This document shows positions 13,542 to 15,020 of a stretch of DNA of 15,020 nt, piece after piece. Every line of letters begins with the position of its first letter. Within the stretch, counting starts at the first letter, position 1. Under the pieces are notes generated by a model. That model was not told the origin of the DNA, ran no database searches, and was given only the letters and a program-made list of their open reading frames with translations. Source of the DNA: Campylobacterales bacterium (GTDB taxonomy: Bacteria; Campylobacterota; Campylobacteria; Campylobacterales; Sulfurimonadaceae); NCBI GenBank assembly GCA_038205935.1, contig JBBRBK010000048.1:1-15020 (forward strand), read 5' to 3'. The translations under genes were made by a program, and so were the position numbers.

Positions 13542-14905
13542 TTTTCCATATTTTTAATTTTAGATACTTCACTTTTAAGACAAGAAAGCATCAACTTGAT
13601 ATCTTTAGATTCTTTTATCAACACACGGTTGTCCGAGTAAAAGCCCTCGGCCATACTTTTCATCAATAAAATCTCATCGGAAGTCTTTGCGATAAGGTTT
13701 TTCAGTTGTGAAAATATCTCGCCAAAGCCCAATCCGTCGTCATTGCATCTTGCAGATTCTATGATGCCGTAAATTTGGACATATCCAAGATACATCATCT
13801 GTTGATCGAGTTCTTCAAGATAGGCGATATTTTTTCCTATAGCCTTTTCAAACAAAAATGGAAGCTTCATCAGTTTTTCATTATAAAGTGATACCAATTC
13901 AAACAGCGTATCTACAGTGGGGTTGATCTCTTCGTTTTGATCACATAGTATCTCATGAATGAAGTAGGTCATCATCTCCATTTGCAGGCTTATATAGGAT
14001 ACTAAAAATATGATCTCATTGAATGACTCGGAAAGATACACAGAAGTCTCATGAATTTTTCCGATCAGAGTGTCATTTTCTTTTGCATTAGTTCTTACGT
14101 CACTTGCCAAAACACCGAATGTTTCTCCATTGACATCAAGCTTATAGGATGCAACAGAAGCGTTGAGGGATAAAAATACGATATCTCTTGCCAATGTACG
14201 AAGGACAAGACCCTTCTCCTCAAACATCGATTTTATCTTGATAAAAGAGTCTATCTTTTCAAACCATTTTGCATACTCATCAAATAAGGTTTTACTTACG
14301 TTATAAAGTGGCTTTATTTTTAGAGTAAATGGAGAGTTTATCTCATTATGATCACTATCATTTGATGGAGTTGTCAAAAGCAATTTTTTTCTCTCAAGCA
14401 ACTCGGCGAGTAAGGCCTCATTCATAAAATGATCATAATTTGAAAATCCGTGTTCATTTAAAAGTTTTAATAGAAGCTCTTCACTTTGATCCATCGTAAG
14501 TTCTGCTTCGGCAGCTCTGAGCTTCAAATATATATCTTTAACAACGGAAAATATAGGTGTATTTGGTTTTATACGAATAGAGACATACTCTTCACCAAGT
14601 GGAAATACAACGGCAAAGACCCAATAATACGCGCCATCTTTTGTTTTATTTTTAACATACGAAACAACAGGTTTATTTGCATTTAAATAATCCCAAAGTA
14701 TTTTGAAGAGGATACGCGGCATATCCTGATGACGAATAATATTATGAAATTTTCCCATAATCTCATCTTTTGTATAGCCGCTGATGCGTACAAAAGTTTC
14801 ATTTCCAGAAACAATAGTACTGTCGTGCTTTGTAATCGAAAAAAATAACTCATTGAGATCAAATTTTGCTTCTTTCATTAAAAGAGTAGTATCGCTATTT
14901 TCCAT
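13538..14905 (-). CDS. Soluble Aer/CetB-type PAS protein with atypical chemoreceptor signalling region (455 aa from ATG 14905)
   Basis: PAS NETFVRISGYTKDEIMGKFHNIIRHQDMP...FKILW...VKNKTKDGAYYWV matches the Aer FAD-PAS pattern. MCP-tip-like FLSLNASV...NGETFGVLASDVR. No TM segment. Start reassigned from TTG 14947 to ATG 14905 because AAGGA (14913-14917) sits 7 nt upstream and the longer version overlaps cheR. Confidence 0.85.
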   Translation of the reverse strand: MENSDTTLLMKEAKFDLNELFFSITKHDSTIVSGNETFVRISGYTKDEIMGKFHNIIRHQDMPRILFKILWDYLNANKPVVSYVKNKTKDGAYYWVFAVVFPLGEEYVSIRIKPNTPIFSVVKDIYLKLRAAEAELTMDQSEELLLKLLNEHGFSNYDHFMNEALLAELLERKKLLLTTPSNDSDHNEINSPFTLKIKPLYNVSKTLFDEYAKWFEKIDSFIKIKSMFEEKGLVLRTLARDIVFLSLNASVASYKLDVNGETFGVLASDVRTNAKENDTLIGKIHETSVYLSESFNEIIFLVSYISLQMEMMTYFIHEILCDQNEEINPTVDTLFELVSLYNEKLMKLPFLFEKAIGKNIAYLEELDQQMMYLGYVQIYGIIESARCNDDGLGFGEIFSQLKNLIAKTSDEILLMKSMAEGFYSDNRVLIKESKDIKLMLSCLKSEVSKIKNMEK

Positions 14906-14915
14906 GTTACTATCC

Positions 14916-15020
14916 TTAGAGTTTTTTATAGATTGAAGAGCCGACAAGCTTCAAAATATCTTTATGTGTTGTAAGTGATTCAGAACTTCCAAGTAACAGC
15001 GGAGATCCTTTTGGCAAGAG
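14916..15020 (-). CDS. cheR: 3' end of chemotaxis methyltransferase (5' part outside the window)
   Basis: Hand translation LLPKGSPLLLGSSESLTTHKDILKLVGSSIYKKL* matches the CheR C-terminal LxxGxxLxLGxSESL...Y[RK]K pattern; cheD and cheB lie downstream in the same run. Only 34 residues are visible. Confidence 0.75.
   Translation of the reverse strand, partial: LLPKGSPLLLGSSESLTTHKDILKLVGSSIYKKL

Noticed and set aside
1392..14686. Short plus-strand ORFs in the track (e.g. 3354-3884, 1392-1664, 11575-11829) and nested minus-strand ORFs 2302-2505 and 12293-12556
   Set aside because: All lie within well-supported long genes, have no recognisable motifs, and show the Ser/Ile/Phe-rich composition typical of antisense or off-frame shadows.
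14906..14947. TTG start at 14947 for the PAS protein (469 aa in the ORF track)
   Set aside because: It overlaps the cheR 3' end by 32 nt; ATG at 14905 has a well-spaced AAGGA SD overlapping the cheR stop.
1..15020. CRISPR array, tRNA/rRNA, IS or integrase, defence system
   Set aside because: No short regularly spaced repeats, RNA-gene signatures, transposase or recombinase motifs were seen; almost all sequence is accounted for by the listed CDSs.

Overview
AT-rich bacterial chromosomal window in which every real gene lies on the minus strand. The DnaE sequence style suggests a free-living Campylobacterota (Sulfurimonas/Sulfuricurvum-like); this is an inference. Read 5'->3' on the minus strand, the window holds the distal part of a tightly coupled accessory chemosensory/c-di-GMP cluster: 3' end of cheR; a soluble Aer/CetB-type PAS protein with two degenerate chemoreceptor hairpin tips; a His-less, sensor-less histidine-kinase-fold protein; cheD; REC-cheB; a single-domain receiver; a REC-GGDEF(degenerate)-EAL protein; a CHASE sensor kinase; and a Cache-HAMP-PAS sensor kinase. 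After a 186-bp AT-rich spacer come two housekeeping genes, dnaE and an M18 aminopeptidase that runs off the window. The two sensor kinases have unrelated input regions but share an ~800-bp transmitter-coding direct repeat (39 mismatches in 803 bp by manual alignment) with mosaic divergence suggesting gene conversion. No RNA genes, CRISPR arrays or mobile elements were recognised.
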